Both the position numbers and the translations under genes were made by a program. A stretch of DNA of 64,000 bases from Narcine bancroftii (taxonomy: Eukaryota), in NCBI RefSeq assembly GCF_036971445.1, contig NC_091472.1, positions 64,728,001 through 64,792,000 of the forward strand, given 5' to 3'. Positions 27,901 through 39,900 of this stretch are shown piece after piece (the first letter of the stretch is position 1; each line of letters starts with the position of its first letter). Under the pieces are notes generated by a model that worked only from the letters and a program-made list of their open reading frames with translations, made no database searches and was not told the DNA's origin.

Positions 27901-30900
27901 TGGCTTTCTGCATTCCTGGGCACTCAAGTTTCTGAACCAGCCTTTGATGCAAACAGTCAGTATACTTTCCACAGTTTACCTTTTTAAGTTCAAAATATTC
28001 AATGACATGTCAAATCTCTTCACATTTCTTAAACAGTAGAGGCACTGGTGTGCCTTCTTCACAGATGCCTTGATGTGCTGGCTTCAGGAACTTGAAGGTA
28101 CTACCATGGTCCCCTCAATTAAGACTAGTAGATGGTCCTTTGGTCTTCCCTTTCTCAAGTTCACGATAAACTTAGTGATCTTGCTAACATTGACATTATA
28201 ATTGTTGTTCTGACACCACACAACAGATTTTCAAATCTCCATCCTATAGCCCAATATAATTTCCAGTTATTCAGGCAACAACGATGGATTGCAATGGAGC
28301 CAAACTTGATTGTGCAATCATGAATGTGGAGTTAATAGAGCAGGGGACTGAGCACTTAGCCCTGAAGTTGATGGTCAGCGAGGGGAAGGTGATGTTGCCA
28401 ATCCACATAGGTTGTTGTCAACCAATGAGGAAATTGTGTATCTATTTGCAAAGGGATAAACAAGTCCCAGATCAGAGTTTGATTATTAACTTTGCTAGTA
28501 TAATCTTGTTAAATGCTGAACTGTAGCCAATGAACATCAACCTGACCTAGATATTCTTTTTAAAAAAAATTTAATTGTTTGCATAATTACAGGAAAAAAA
28601 TGAATAAAACATTAATCAAATATCCATAACCAATGATACAAAAAAAAGTATATTTTTCTCCCCATTCCCCCTCCCACCCAAAAGTAAGAAAAGGAAAGAA
28701 AAGAAACACCTACCATTTAATATGCAATAATATTAGCATGGAAAATCATTAATTGTTATTAAAGATTACTAATTAAGAGAAGTGGATAAGATAAAAGAGA
28801 TGGACAGAAAATTATCTATAAAATCCATATATGGTTTCCAAATACTATAAAACATTTTCAACTCGATTCTTTAAACTATACGTAATTTTTTCCAAAGATA
28901 TATAATTTCACATCTCATAATACCATCTACTTAATAACACTTCTCTATCATCTTTCCATGGTATCACTTTACATTTCTTTGCAGTTGCTGTTGCAATACT
29001 TAAACATTGTTCTTGGTACTTGTCCAATTTCAATTTTATATCCTTTTCATAAATATCTCCAAGTAAAAATATTCTGGGATCCTTTGGTATCTTTATCTTC
29101 GTAATTTGCCCTAATAATAAACTCAGTTCATTCCAAAACCTTTCCACTTTTTCACAAGACCACAGTGAATGCAAAAAAAGTCCCCATTTCTTTTGCACAT
29201 CGAAAACACTTATTTGCATAATTAGGATTGTCCATTTAACTTACATGGAGTATAATACAATTGATGAAGAAAATTATATTGAACCATTTGATATCTAACA
29301 TTTATTATATTCGTAACAATCTCAATTTCTCCTTGAAATTCAGTTACCCCCAAAGTTTGCGGAATCCAACATTGTAAAAATCTCTACATATCTTGCCCTG
29401 CATCGCTTTCCAAAAGTCCAACAATTTTTATATTATTTCTTCTACTAACATTTTCTAAAATATCAATTTTTTGAGTTAATTGTTCTTTAGTTGCAGTCGC
29501 CTCAGCTTGAACCTCCTTCATTTGCTCTTTAACATGCTGAATTTCAAATTCATTACCTTAATTTTTGTGTCCATCACTTCACATTTTTGTCCATTTGCGA
29601 CACCATTCTCTCCACCTTCTTCATAGAACCCTTATTTTCAATTATACCCTCATTACATTTTTTAACTTCCATTGTTAACTGTAACAAAGTTTGCTGGAAA
29701 GAATCCAATTACTTCTTCATTTCAGTTGTGGATTATATAAGACTCATTTATTTTCTCCTGTCTTTTGACCAAAACTCTGTGTTCAACATACATTTCTTCT
29801 TCTTCCTGCTCCACTTCTTGATCACTGAAAAAAATTGCTTCTTTTCTTTCATGGCCTGCGCATGTGCGAGGAGTCACGCGTGTGCAGTGTCACTTCTTCA
29901 CCCGTGGCAGTCGGCCATTGTCAGGTGAGACCTCGTACTGCAATGTCCAAGGTCTCCCCAGCTCCAGGTCTGTCACCACGGGCACTTGCCTTCTGGGGAG
30001 CTCCAGGATCCTTCTTTGAGGTTGGCCTCTCTTCTTCATCAGCTTCTTTTTCTTGTTCAAGTTCTTGAAAAGTAACAGTCAGCTTATCTTTCTTAGGAGG
30101 CATTGTTTATTGTTCCGAAGATCTTTCGATAGCTTCCTCTTCTATTTTCTTGCAGTCAGTTCAGGCTTCTTAACTCTTTAAAAAATTTTTTTTCGGAGAG
30201 AGTAGAGAATTCAAGTCTAACCTCACGTCATCATGCAGCATGCCCCCCCCCCCACCTCCCCCACCCAACCTAGATTTTCTTGTGATCCATCTGATCTAAT
30301 GCCAAGAGGAGGGCCATGCCAGCAAGATGGCATCCAATGTTCATCTGCCACGGCAATAGGCAAATTTGAGTGAGTACAGGTCCTTCCAGAGACAGGAGTT
30401 AATTCGATTCATGACAATCTACTGACAGCAAGTCAACATAGCAGACACAAGTTCCTCCAGTCATAGTCATTAAGGCAGGTCACTTTGTTCTTCATTGCCA
30501 CTACTAGGATAGATATATTTTTGAAACAGGTGGGAACCTGATACAGTGAGAGGCTTAAAATATCTGCAAAAACTCAAAATGGGTTGGTCCATGCAGGTTT
30601 CAAAGATGCAGCCAGGTACACCACCTGGCTGGATGCTTTCTGAAGATTCACCCTCCTGAGCCAGAATCACTAGGGACTGTATGGACTCATTAGGATGCAT
30701 CATTCTTTTCCCTTTCAAAGGGAGCATGGAAGGCATTGAGGTCATCCAGAAGAAGTGTTTCATAGTTAATGATACCACCCATTTTCATATTATAGGATTT
30801 GATGGCATACATGTCCAGCCACAAATGCCAAGCATCTGTCTGAAACTCCAGCATGGCCCCCCCTCCCTTCCCAGGGCTGATCCCTTATTGGCCAATCTCT

Positions 30901-33900
30901 TATTCTCAAGGTATGCACCGGTCCTCTCTACATCTAGCATTTCAAGCTGTTTAAAGTATTTTGTAACTTTTGCCAAGTTCTTTTCTCAAAGAATGCAGAC
31001 CCAGTAAATTTATTCTATCCTTGTATGGTAAGCCTGCCATCCATGCAGCCAGTTACTGAATCTTTGGTGAATTTCCTCCAAACACCACTTTTTTTAAGTA
31101 AGGAGATCTGCTACTCTGAATATGTTCATAGTGATTAGATTAATTGTAGGGCCGTGATCTCTCATTTTGATATTCTTATTTATACATTTTATTTGTCAGC
31201 ATTCTTATAGTGTGGCGACTCGTGATTGACACGAAAGTCACTTTGAAACAAGCTGACTGGCGCGTGTGGTGGCGCGTGTGGTGGCGCGTGTGGTGGCGCG
31301 TGTGGTGGCGCGTGTGGTGGCGCGTGTGGTGGCGCGTGTGGTGGCGCGTGTGGTGGCGCGTGTGGTGGCGCGTGTGGTGGCGCGTGTGGTGGCGCGTGTG
31401 GTGGCGCGTGTGGTGGCGCGTGTGGTGGCGCGTGTGGTGGCGCGTGTGGTGGCGCGTGTGGTGGCGCGTGTGGTGGCGCGTGTGGTGGCGCGTGTGGTGG
31501 CGCGTGTGGTGGCGCGTGTGGTGGCGCGTGTGGTGGCGCGTGTGGTGGCGCGTGTGGTGGCGCGTGTGGTGGCGCGTGTGGTGGCGCGTGTGGTGGCGCG
31601 TGTGGTGGCGCGTGTGGTGGCGCGTGTGGTGGCGCGTGTGGTGGCGCGTGTGGTGGCGCGTGTGGTGGCGCGTGTGGTGGCGCGTGTGGTGGCGCGTGTG
31701 GTGGCGCGTGTGGTGGCGCGTGTGGTGGCGCGTGTGGTGGCGCGTGTGGTGGCGCGTGTGGTGGCGCGTGTGGTGGCGCGTGTGGTGGCGCGTGTGGTGG
31801 CGCGTGTGGTGGCGCGTGTGGTGGCGCGTGTGGTGGCGCGTGTGGTGGCGCGTGTGGTGGCGCGTGTGGTGGCGCGTGTGGTGGCGCGTGTGGTGGCGCG
31901 TGTGGTGGCGCGTGTGGTGGCGCGTGTGGTGGCGCGTGTGGTGGCGCGTGTGGTGGCGCGTGTGGTGGCGCGTGTGGTGGCGCGTGTGGTGGCGCGTGTG
32001 GTGGCGCGTGTGGTGGCGCGTGTGGTGGCGCGTGTGGTGGCGCGTGTGGTGGCGCGTGTGGTGGCGCGTGTGGTGGCGCGTGTGGTGGCGCGTGTGGTGG
32101 CGCGTGTGGTGGCGCGTGTGGTGGCGCGTGTGGTGGCGCGTGTGGTGGCGCGTGTGGTGGCGCGTGTGGTGGCGCGTGTGGTGGCGCGTGTGGTGGCGCG
32201 TGTGGTGGCGCGTGTGGTGGCGCGTGTGGTGGCGCGTGTGGTGGCGCGTGTGGTGGCGCGTGTGGTGGCGCGTGTGGTGGCGCGTGTGGTGGCGCGTGTG
32301 GTGGCGCGTGTGGTGGCGCGTGTGGTGGCGCGTGTGGTGGCGCGTGTGGTGGCGCGTGTGGTGGCGCGTGTGGTGGCGCGTGTGGTGGCGCGTGTGGTGG
32401 CGCGTGTGGTGGCGCGTGTGGTGGCGCGTGTGGTGGCGCGTGTGGTGGCGCGTGTGGTGGCGCGTGTGGTGGCGCGTGTGGTGGCGCGTGTGGTGGCGCG
32501 TGTGGTGGCGCGTGTGGTGGCGCGTGTGGTGGCGCGTGTGGTGGCGCGTGTGGTGGCGCGTGTGGTGGCGCGTGTGGTGGCGCGTGTGGTGGCGCGTGTG
32601 GTGGCGCGTGTGGTGGCGCGTGTGGTGGCGCGTGTGGTGGCGCGTGTGGTGGCGCGTGTGGTGGCGCGTGTGGTGGCGCGTGTGGTGGCGCGTGTGGTGG
32701 CGCGTGTGGTGGCGCGTGTGGTGGCGCGTGTGGTGGCGCGTGTGGTGGCGCGTGTGGTGCCGCGTGTGGTGCCGCGTGTGGTGCCGCGTGTGGTGCCGCG
32801 TGTGGTGCCGCGTGTGGTGCGGCGTGTGGTGGGGCGTGTGGTGGGGCGTGTGGTGGGGCGTGTGGTGCCGCGTGTGGTGCCGCGTGTGGTGCCGCGTGTG
32901 GTGCCGCGTGTGGTGCCGCGTGTGGTGCCGCGTGTGGTGCCGCGTGTGGTGCCGCGTGTGGTGCCGCGTGTGGTGCCGCGTGTGGTGCCGCGTGTGGTGC
33001 CGCGTGTGGTGCCGCGTGTGGTGCCGCGTGTGGTGCCGCGTGTGGTGCCGCGTGTGGTGCCGCGTGTGGTGCCGCGTGTGGTGCCGCGTGTGGTGCCGCG
33101 TGTGGTGCCGCGTGTGGTGCCGCGTGTGGTGCCGCGTGTGGTGCCGCGTGTGGTGCCGCGTGTGGTGCCGCGTGTGGTGCCGCGTGTGGTGCCGCGTGTG
33201 GTGCCGCGTGTGGTGCCGCGTGTGGTGCCGCGTGTGGTGCCGCGTGTGGTGCCGCGTGTGGTGCCGCGTGTGGTGCCGCGTGTGGTGCCGCGTGTGGTGC
33301 CGCGTGTGGTGCCGCGTGTGGTGCCGCGTGATTGACACCAAGTCACTTTGAATCAATTACAGATACCGAACTTTGAATTGCATCAAGATAACCACAATTC
33401 AGAAAAGACATTAGAATTCCTTACCTCCGATTCCACTTCAAGTATTTCATCTCCTGCAGATGGAAGCTCTTTCCAACCAACTACCTCAACAGGAGTACTT
33501 GGTCCAGCAACATTCATTGGCTTGTTATTCTCATCAAACATTAATCGGACTTTAGCCCAGCTCTTTCCTGCCACCAGTATACAACCTTTCCTCAATGTTC
33601 CACGCTGGATAATAGCTGTGGTAACTGGTCTATCAATCAAACAAATTAAATTTGGTACAGTTTAATACATACTCAATAATAAAAACAATATTTTGGTTCA
33701 AGACCCTGTATCCAGGACTGTCAGGGGTAACAATGAGAGAGGGCCTAACAGAACTCCCCAGAAAGGAGGAAAGTTTCTGTAAAGACAGCACATCTTGAAA
33801 AGACATTGCAGTACAGTATTAAAGTGGAGATTGGCAAAACTGCAGATTTTTAAGATTTTGGCTTCCTCGCTTCTGTTTTGAAAAAAAAAGCTCAAGACAA

Positions 33901-36900
33901 TATTCTCAAATTATGTTTGTAGAAATTAATTTGCACATTACAGTAAAATCCCCATTATCCAGCACTCAGTCAATCAGAAACTCAACCAACCAGAAATAAA
34001 TAAATAGATAGAGAGAATTAAAAAAAAATAAAGTTTTAAATAAAAGTTTAACATTGTAAAAGTAAAGGTTCTCCAAAGTAACACACATCCCCTTGCAAGC
34101 AAGTATTCAGCCAGCGGAGGGCTCCAGTTGTGCCCGCTCACAGCAGCCATTTGAATAAACTTCTATTTGAATAAAAAGGCAGCACCCAGGATGATGAGCC
34201 GGCCATGCCACTCACTGTTGGGGCGTCTCTCCTAAAGTGTCTCCCTATCTTTGCTATCTTTATTCGTATTAAGTACATTAGTAAGGCTTTATCTGTAAAC
34301 TTGGGGAAGAGGGTTAATTATGACAGTAGTATGGTTAGCGTAGCAGCTAGCACAATGATATTACAGCACTCATGAATGGGTTCAAATTTAAAGGAAGGTG
34401 CACCCAAGACCTGATCGGAATACATGCAGAGGTGAGTCGGGTTGTGCCGAGGGCCTGACCGGAATATTGGCATGGAGGTGAGTCGGTGGCGCCAAGGGTC
34501 TAACTGGGACACTTGCGTGGAGGTGAGTCAGGTTATCAGTGCAAGGGGAGGGGGGGGGGGTTAATCATAATGGCAGAATGGTTAGAACAACGCTGTTACA
34601 GCGCCAGCAACCAGGATTCGTATTTAAATTTTCCAAGTTACGGGAATTCGCTGATTAAAGTGAACTTTACTTAATTAAAGACTACAATCCTGATTTTTTT
34701 CAAATTAATATAAATTTTGCACCGTCTTTTATGTTAGTTAGGGATTGGAAGAGTGAGTGTCAGTCAACCAGAAAATTTGTATATCTGACATCCACAATCC
34801 CTGTAGGTGCCATATAATAGGGATTTTACTGTAGTTAACTTTAGTAGTTTAATAGATGTACAGTAGTTTGATCAAACATCAACATAGTTATTAAGTTTAT
34901 TCCAGGAAATAAATATTACAATCTTGGCTTTAGGATTGACAGATCGAAGAAAGGCTGGATTTTTCCTGTACTAAATTTATTACAATATTTTCAAACTAGA
35001 ATTCAGCCAATGTTTCTGAATCTATTTTGAAAGTACATTCCAATGCACGATGACCAAAAATGCATTTTACTTACCCTTTCCCTTTATCATTCCGACATTC
35101 AATAATGATACCCTCAACGGGTCCTGTGCAATCTGCTTTTAACTCCAGCATTTCGGATAGAGCAACTGTAGCCTCAACTAAAGCCATCAAATTTTCTCCC
35201 TGAAAAAAAAAAATCAGTTTTTTTAAAATAACACTCAGCTTTGTTATGGCTCTAAACCATAGATAATTCCAGAAAAAACAAATATTTCAACTTCCAAGAA
35301 GTAATGAGGACAACTAGCAATTATCATTAAGCATGGAAAGGAAACACGTGCTTATAAAGTAATGTTGAACAAACTCTTCCAAGATTAGTTAAATTTTATT
35401 TTCTTGTAGCGGCCCCCACCGCAGGCTGACACAGAAGATGCCGTTCAAACATGGCAATCAAAAGGGCTGCATGAGGCGTCAGAGGCCTGCTCCCATATAC
35501 CACTCCAAAACGGGTTTTGCCAGCGACGTATGCAAAAGGCCCAGAGCGGCATAAACCACACCCATCGACAATGCTGCCGCAAAGCAGGCCATTCTAGCCA
35601 ATTGCAAACAGCAGGTCGTAAGGACACCAATCAGAGCCTGAAGGGACATGGGTCACGCCCGTCAGTCACATGGCAGCCAGGGTCTGCCTGACTACATAAA
35701 AGAGAGCAGCCAGTTCATTAAATGAGTGTCAACTCTACTCCTTGTTGTGTATGTCTTATTTCCAAGCTAGAACCTTAAGAAATGCCACGCTCTCTGCATT
35801 CTACTGCATGATTTTTTTAAAAATTGTAAACAATTTTTTTCCCCCAATCAAATTGGAACTTTGTGGCTACTGTAAAATATTATTCCTGGTACACAGATTA
35901 TATAATAAATATTTAAATAACTCCTCAATAAATGTTAACCACCTTATTTTAAAATCTTACATTAAATATGATATAAATTAAAAGAAAATATATTTATAAA
36001 ATGAGGTAATGTCACTTAAAAAGAGGTAGGAACGAAATTTGCAAGAGAAGCACAAGAGGTGCAGGTGCTGGAGTCTGCAGTAAACAATGAAAATGTGGAG
36101 AGACTCAGTATGTCAGGCAGCATCCGTAGTGGTGGGGCTGTCAACCTTTCAGATCTTTAAAGAGATATTTATTCTGCAGAAGGCTGAATACGTTATGCTG
36201 GTAAGAGGGTTAGCATTAAAGCAGAGCCTTTAAAGACCGATTCAACAGAATTTATCGGACACTGTTTATTTTAACCATTTTGGGCAAGGAAACTGAAGAA
36301 ATTTATGGAAACAAAATACGTGTGTTAAAATTACAACATTCAAAGATGACGTTAAAAAGTTACCTTAAGAGCTGATATATTTATTGCTTGAACATCACCA
36401 CCATACTCCTCACAAATTACATCATCGGCTAACAATCCCTTCTTTACATTTTCGTGATCTGCTTCTGGTTTATCACATTTATTTATTGCCAGTATTATTG
36501 GAACTGCAATGAGAACAATTAAAATTAGATAGCACAATAAAATATTCAGAGATATTGGAAAGCTCAGTGACAAAATGTTCTCAATAGCATTTGAACAATT
36601 ACCATTGTACTTTCCTCATGCAAAATTTAAACCATTTTTCAGAATGTTAGTCAACAGCAGATTGACTCAATCAGGATTGAAAACAGATACAGCTGCTATC
36701 AGTTTGCAGAAAATTGATGAATCTGTCATATTTAATTTTAATTGAACATGAATCAGACTTTATACCATACATCAAGAAATGGTCATTTTGGCAGAATGGG
36801 TGGACGGGAATATTAATAATAAATCATAAGTAAACCGATACACTAAATTTATTTGTTACTGGATTTGTTCTATCTAGTTACATACAAAAGATTAGGGGGC

Positions 36901-39900
36901 ATAAAACTTTGTGTCAACAAGTGTTATTTCTAAAACACTAGCATGGATTCATTTCAGTCTTTTTTCTCAAAGGCAATCCCCTTAATGATGCAAAAGCTGC
37001 AGGACTCTTCACATTATTGTTACTACATTCAGAAGGATGATCAACTTTTTTTTATTCTCCCAAATTCTGCTTGACAATATTCTATTAACATTCCTTATGT
37101 TCAGGCTATTTCATTTTAAGTTTATTTATATTACTTCAGTGTTTCTGTAGTGCTCAGGTCCTTTCCCCACCGGAGGAACCTAGTAGGTTAATCTTGCGAA
37201 GGAAGCAAAGACGACTTTACAAGTTTGGGAAACAATCAGAATGGAGACACAGAAGGATGACTTCCAGAGCCAAGGTTTGGGAATTAATGAGTTGATCAAT
37301 AGTGGTGTGGTAATGATCCAGAAGGTGGAGGGGGAAAAGAACCAACACTGAATTGTGCCTTTTTTGTTCCTTTCAGCATATATCCAAGTGCTTAAAGACA
37401 AAATAGTCTTGAGGTGTAGCAAAATTGTAATGCAGGATGTACAATACCCAATTTGTCAATAAAAGCCAGACTGAGATACAAATACTGGCTAGATCACTAG
37501 GAATAACTTCCATGCTTTTCAAAAAAGATGTCATGAGATCTTTTTAAAATTCATCTGAGATTTTTCAGTTTAATAATTCATCTGATCCATGTTCAACAGT
37601 GTAACAGTCCCTCAGTATTTTATTCTTTTTGACAACCAAAGGGACTAAAAAGAATGCTAGTTGTGAATACAATAGTTTAAAAAGAAATCCCAACTCAATT
37701 AGATATTTGGGTCAGGGACTTGTTGAGAACAAATGCAAAACAGCCACGGCAACATTTGAATCTGGTACAATGAATTAAAATTCTAAATTTTATAAATGTA
37801 CCATTAGATTTTTTAGCATGTTGAATTGATTCTATTGTTTGCTTTTTAACTCCATCATCTGCAGCAACAACTAATATCACAATGTCTGTCACATTAGCAC
37901 CACGGGCTCTCATTGTTGAAAAAGCAGCATGTCCAGGGGTATCCAAGAAGGTTATCTTTTCACCTGATGGCAAATGTACTGCATAAACAAGCACAGAAGA
38001 AAAACTCGATCAATGGATGCATTTCAGAACATGAACAATCACCAAGAAATCTTGATTAAAACCTTGCATCTCAAACATTCTACAGAGCACTTCGATGTGA
38101 TATTCATATTTTTTTTAAATGGGTTAAAGCTAATTTTCAATGACTTAACGATTTATGAAAAGAATTGTGGTTTTGAATTTAACTTCAGATTGAAGCTCAA
38201 ATCACCAAAGACAAACAGGATTTTTGGTCAAAGTAATTCCACCCTTATGATTCAGTCCCACCAGGATCATGTGGAAAGTAATAACAATGTACAATCAAAT
38301 CCACAGGAACCTTGCCAAAATAAGGAGGCTCAAAGGAAAGTTATGTAGCTTTTAAAAAGCATATTTAAAAGAAGTTGAGAGATGAGGGAAGAAATGGTTT
38401 GTGTAGTCACAAATAGCAAGAAATTAAAATTCGGGTCCAAATCTTGGAGATTATCAAAGCTAGGCTGAGTAAGGGAGAACTGAAGCCATTAAGTGATTTG
38501 AAACTAATTATGTAAATTTTAAAATGGTGTATGCCAAGGACCTTTATCATGAGTAACCAATCAGTCTGAAGGCAAATATGGAAGGAAAGTGACATTTAAT
38601 GTACTGGCAAAGTTTACATTGAGCCGAGTCAGTGGGATAGGATTAGGGAGGGAATGGAGTGGAAAAGAACAGCACTCAATAGGTCCCCTAACTAAGAAAG
38701 TCAACAAAAGAATTGAGTTTGTTGTTCACAAGGAAATAATGACAATGACCTTGATGGGCTCTTTGGAGAATGACAGACAGACTTGCCTAAGGGATGGTCA
38801 AATCTATGACTATAGCAGATAATAGTATGGTGAAGGAAGAATAAAGCCATGGGCTATAGATTTGGAAGTGCAGATTATCTAGAGAGGAAATAAAAAGAGG
38901 TATCGTGACAATGGAAATAGACCAAAAAAGTGTGAATAAAAGATAAGGAGTAATGCGTCGGAAGACGCGCCTGTGCAGTTGGTAGTGCTGCCGGGCATGC
39001 GGGGTGCAATGCGCATTTGTGATTTATTGGATAGGGTGTGGGCTGCGGGGGGACCAGTATGGCAACAGGCTGAGGAAGTCGGCCCAGCGCTGACGGGGGT
39101 ACAGACCTGCAGTCGTGCTGCTCGACCAACAACAAGTGCAGGTGAAGAGGAGGGAAGTCCTGCCTTGAGGGAAACAAGATATGAAGAGTTTGCCTTGGGT
39201 ACTGCAGCTAAAGAAGGTACGCCTCAAGGCGGAACGGAGAGCCTGGATTTGAAGCTGTTTTTACTATTTTGGAGGGGATTGCTCATCAGATGGATAATAT
39301 ATCATTACAGATGTCTACACAAATTAATCAAGGATTTATGGAGATGAAAGTTAAAATGGATAATATTTGTGAAGAAGTGTCATCTGTAAAGAATGATATG
39401 ACTTGTTAAAGCTGATGTTAATAGATGTTTGAAAGTAGTGAATACTGTAAAGATAATTTCAAAAAAATTGAAGAGGCTTTTCAGGATTGTAAAGATCAAG
39501 TGGAACGAAATAGAGAAAAAATGGAAAAAGTGGAAGATTCTTTTGTAGGATGGGAGATTCAGAAGAGAGAATTGCTGATGAAGATTGATTCTTTGGAAAA
39601 TCAAGATTGACGGAATAATGTCAAAATAGTAGAACTTCCGGAGGATATTGAGGGTACAGACCTGGTGAAGTTTTTTAAAAAGTGGATTCCAGATGTACTG
39701 GGAAATGAATTTTTTCCAGATGGCTTGGAATTGGATAGAGCGCATAGGATGTTGAGGAGGAAACCTTTTCCGGGTCAGCCACCACAAGCAGTTTTAATTC
39801 GGTGTTTGAGATATCAGGACAGAGAGATGATTCTACAGAATGCTGTTCAAAAGGCTCGACAGAATCAAACTCCAATGATGGTTCAGGTCAATAGAGTGTT

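Larger units (their letters stand above)
26700..31130 (-). mobile_element. Old, highly degenerate Rex1/L2-like LINE hosting two L1 insertions
   Basis: Patchy similarity to 43285-44780 (ttgttcttgaacctgg, gaggcactggtgtgccttctt, ggggactgagcac, D.VPG..LK.C.DQ remnant near 30600). The sequence is continuous across both L1 TSD pairs. Confidence 0.55.

Noticed and set aside
31176-33356. Four ORFs of 689-726 aa (poly-HHTR, WRVW, TTRA, VARV) as protein-coding genes
   Set aside because: They follow from a stop-free 12-bp repeat. They open at non-ATG codons and have no exon or promoter support.
31210-33356. CRISPR-like array (direct repeats flanking a long insert)
   Set aside because: Eukaryotic intron, only two flanking copies, no unique spacers and no cas genes.
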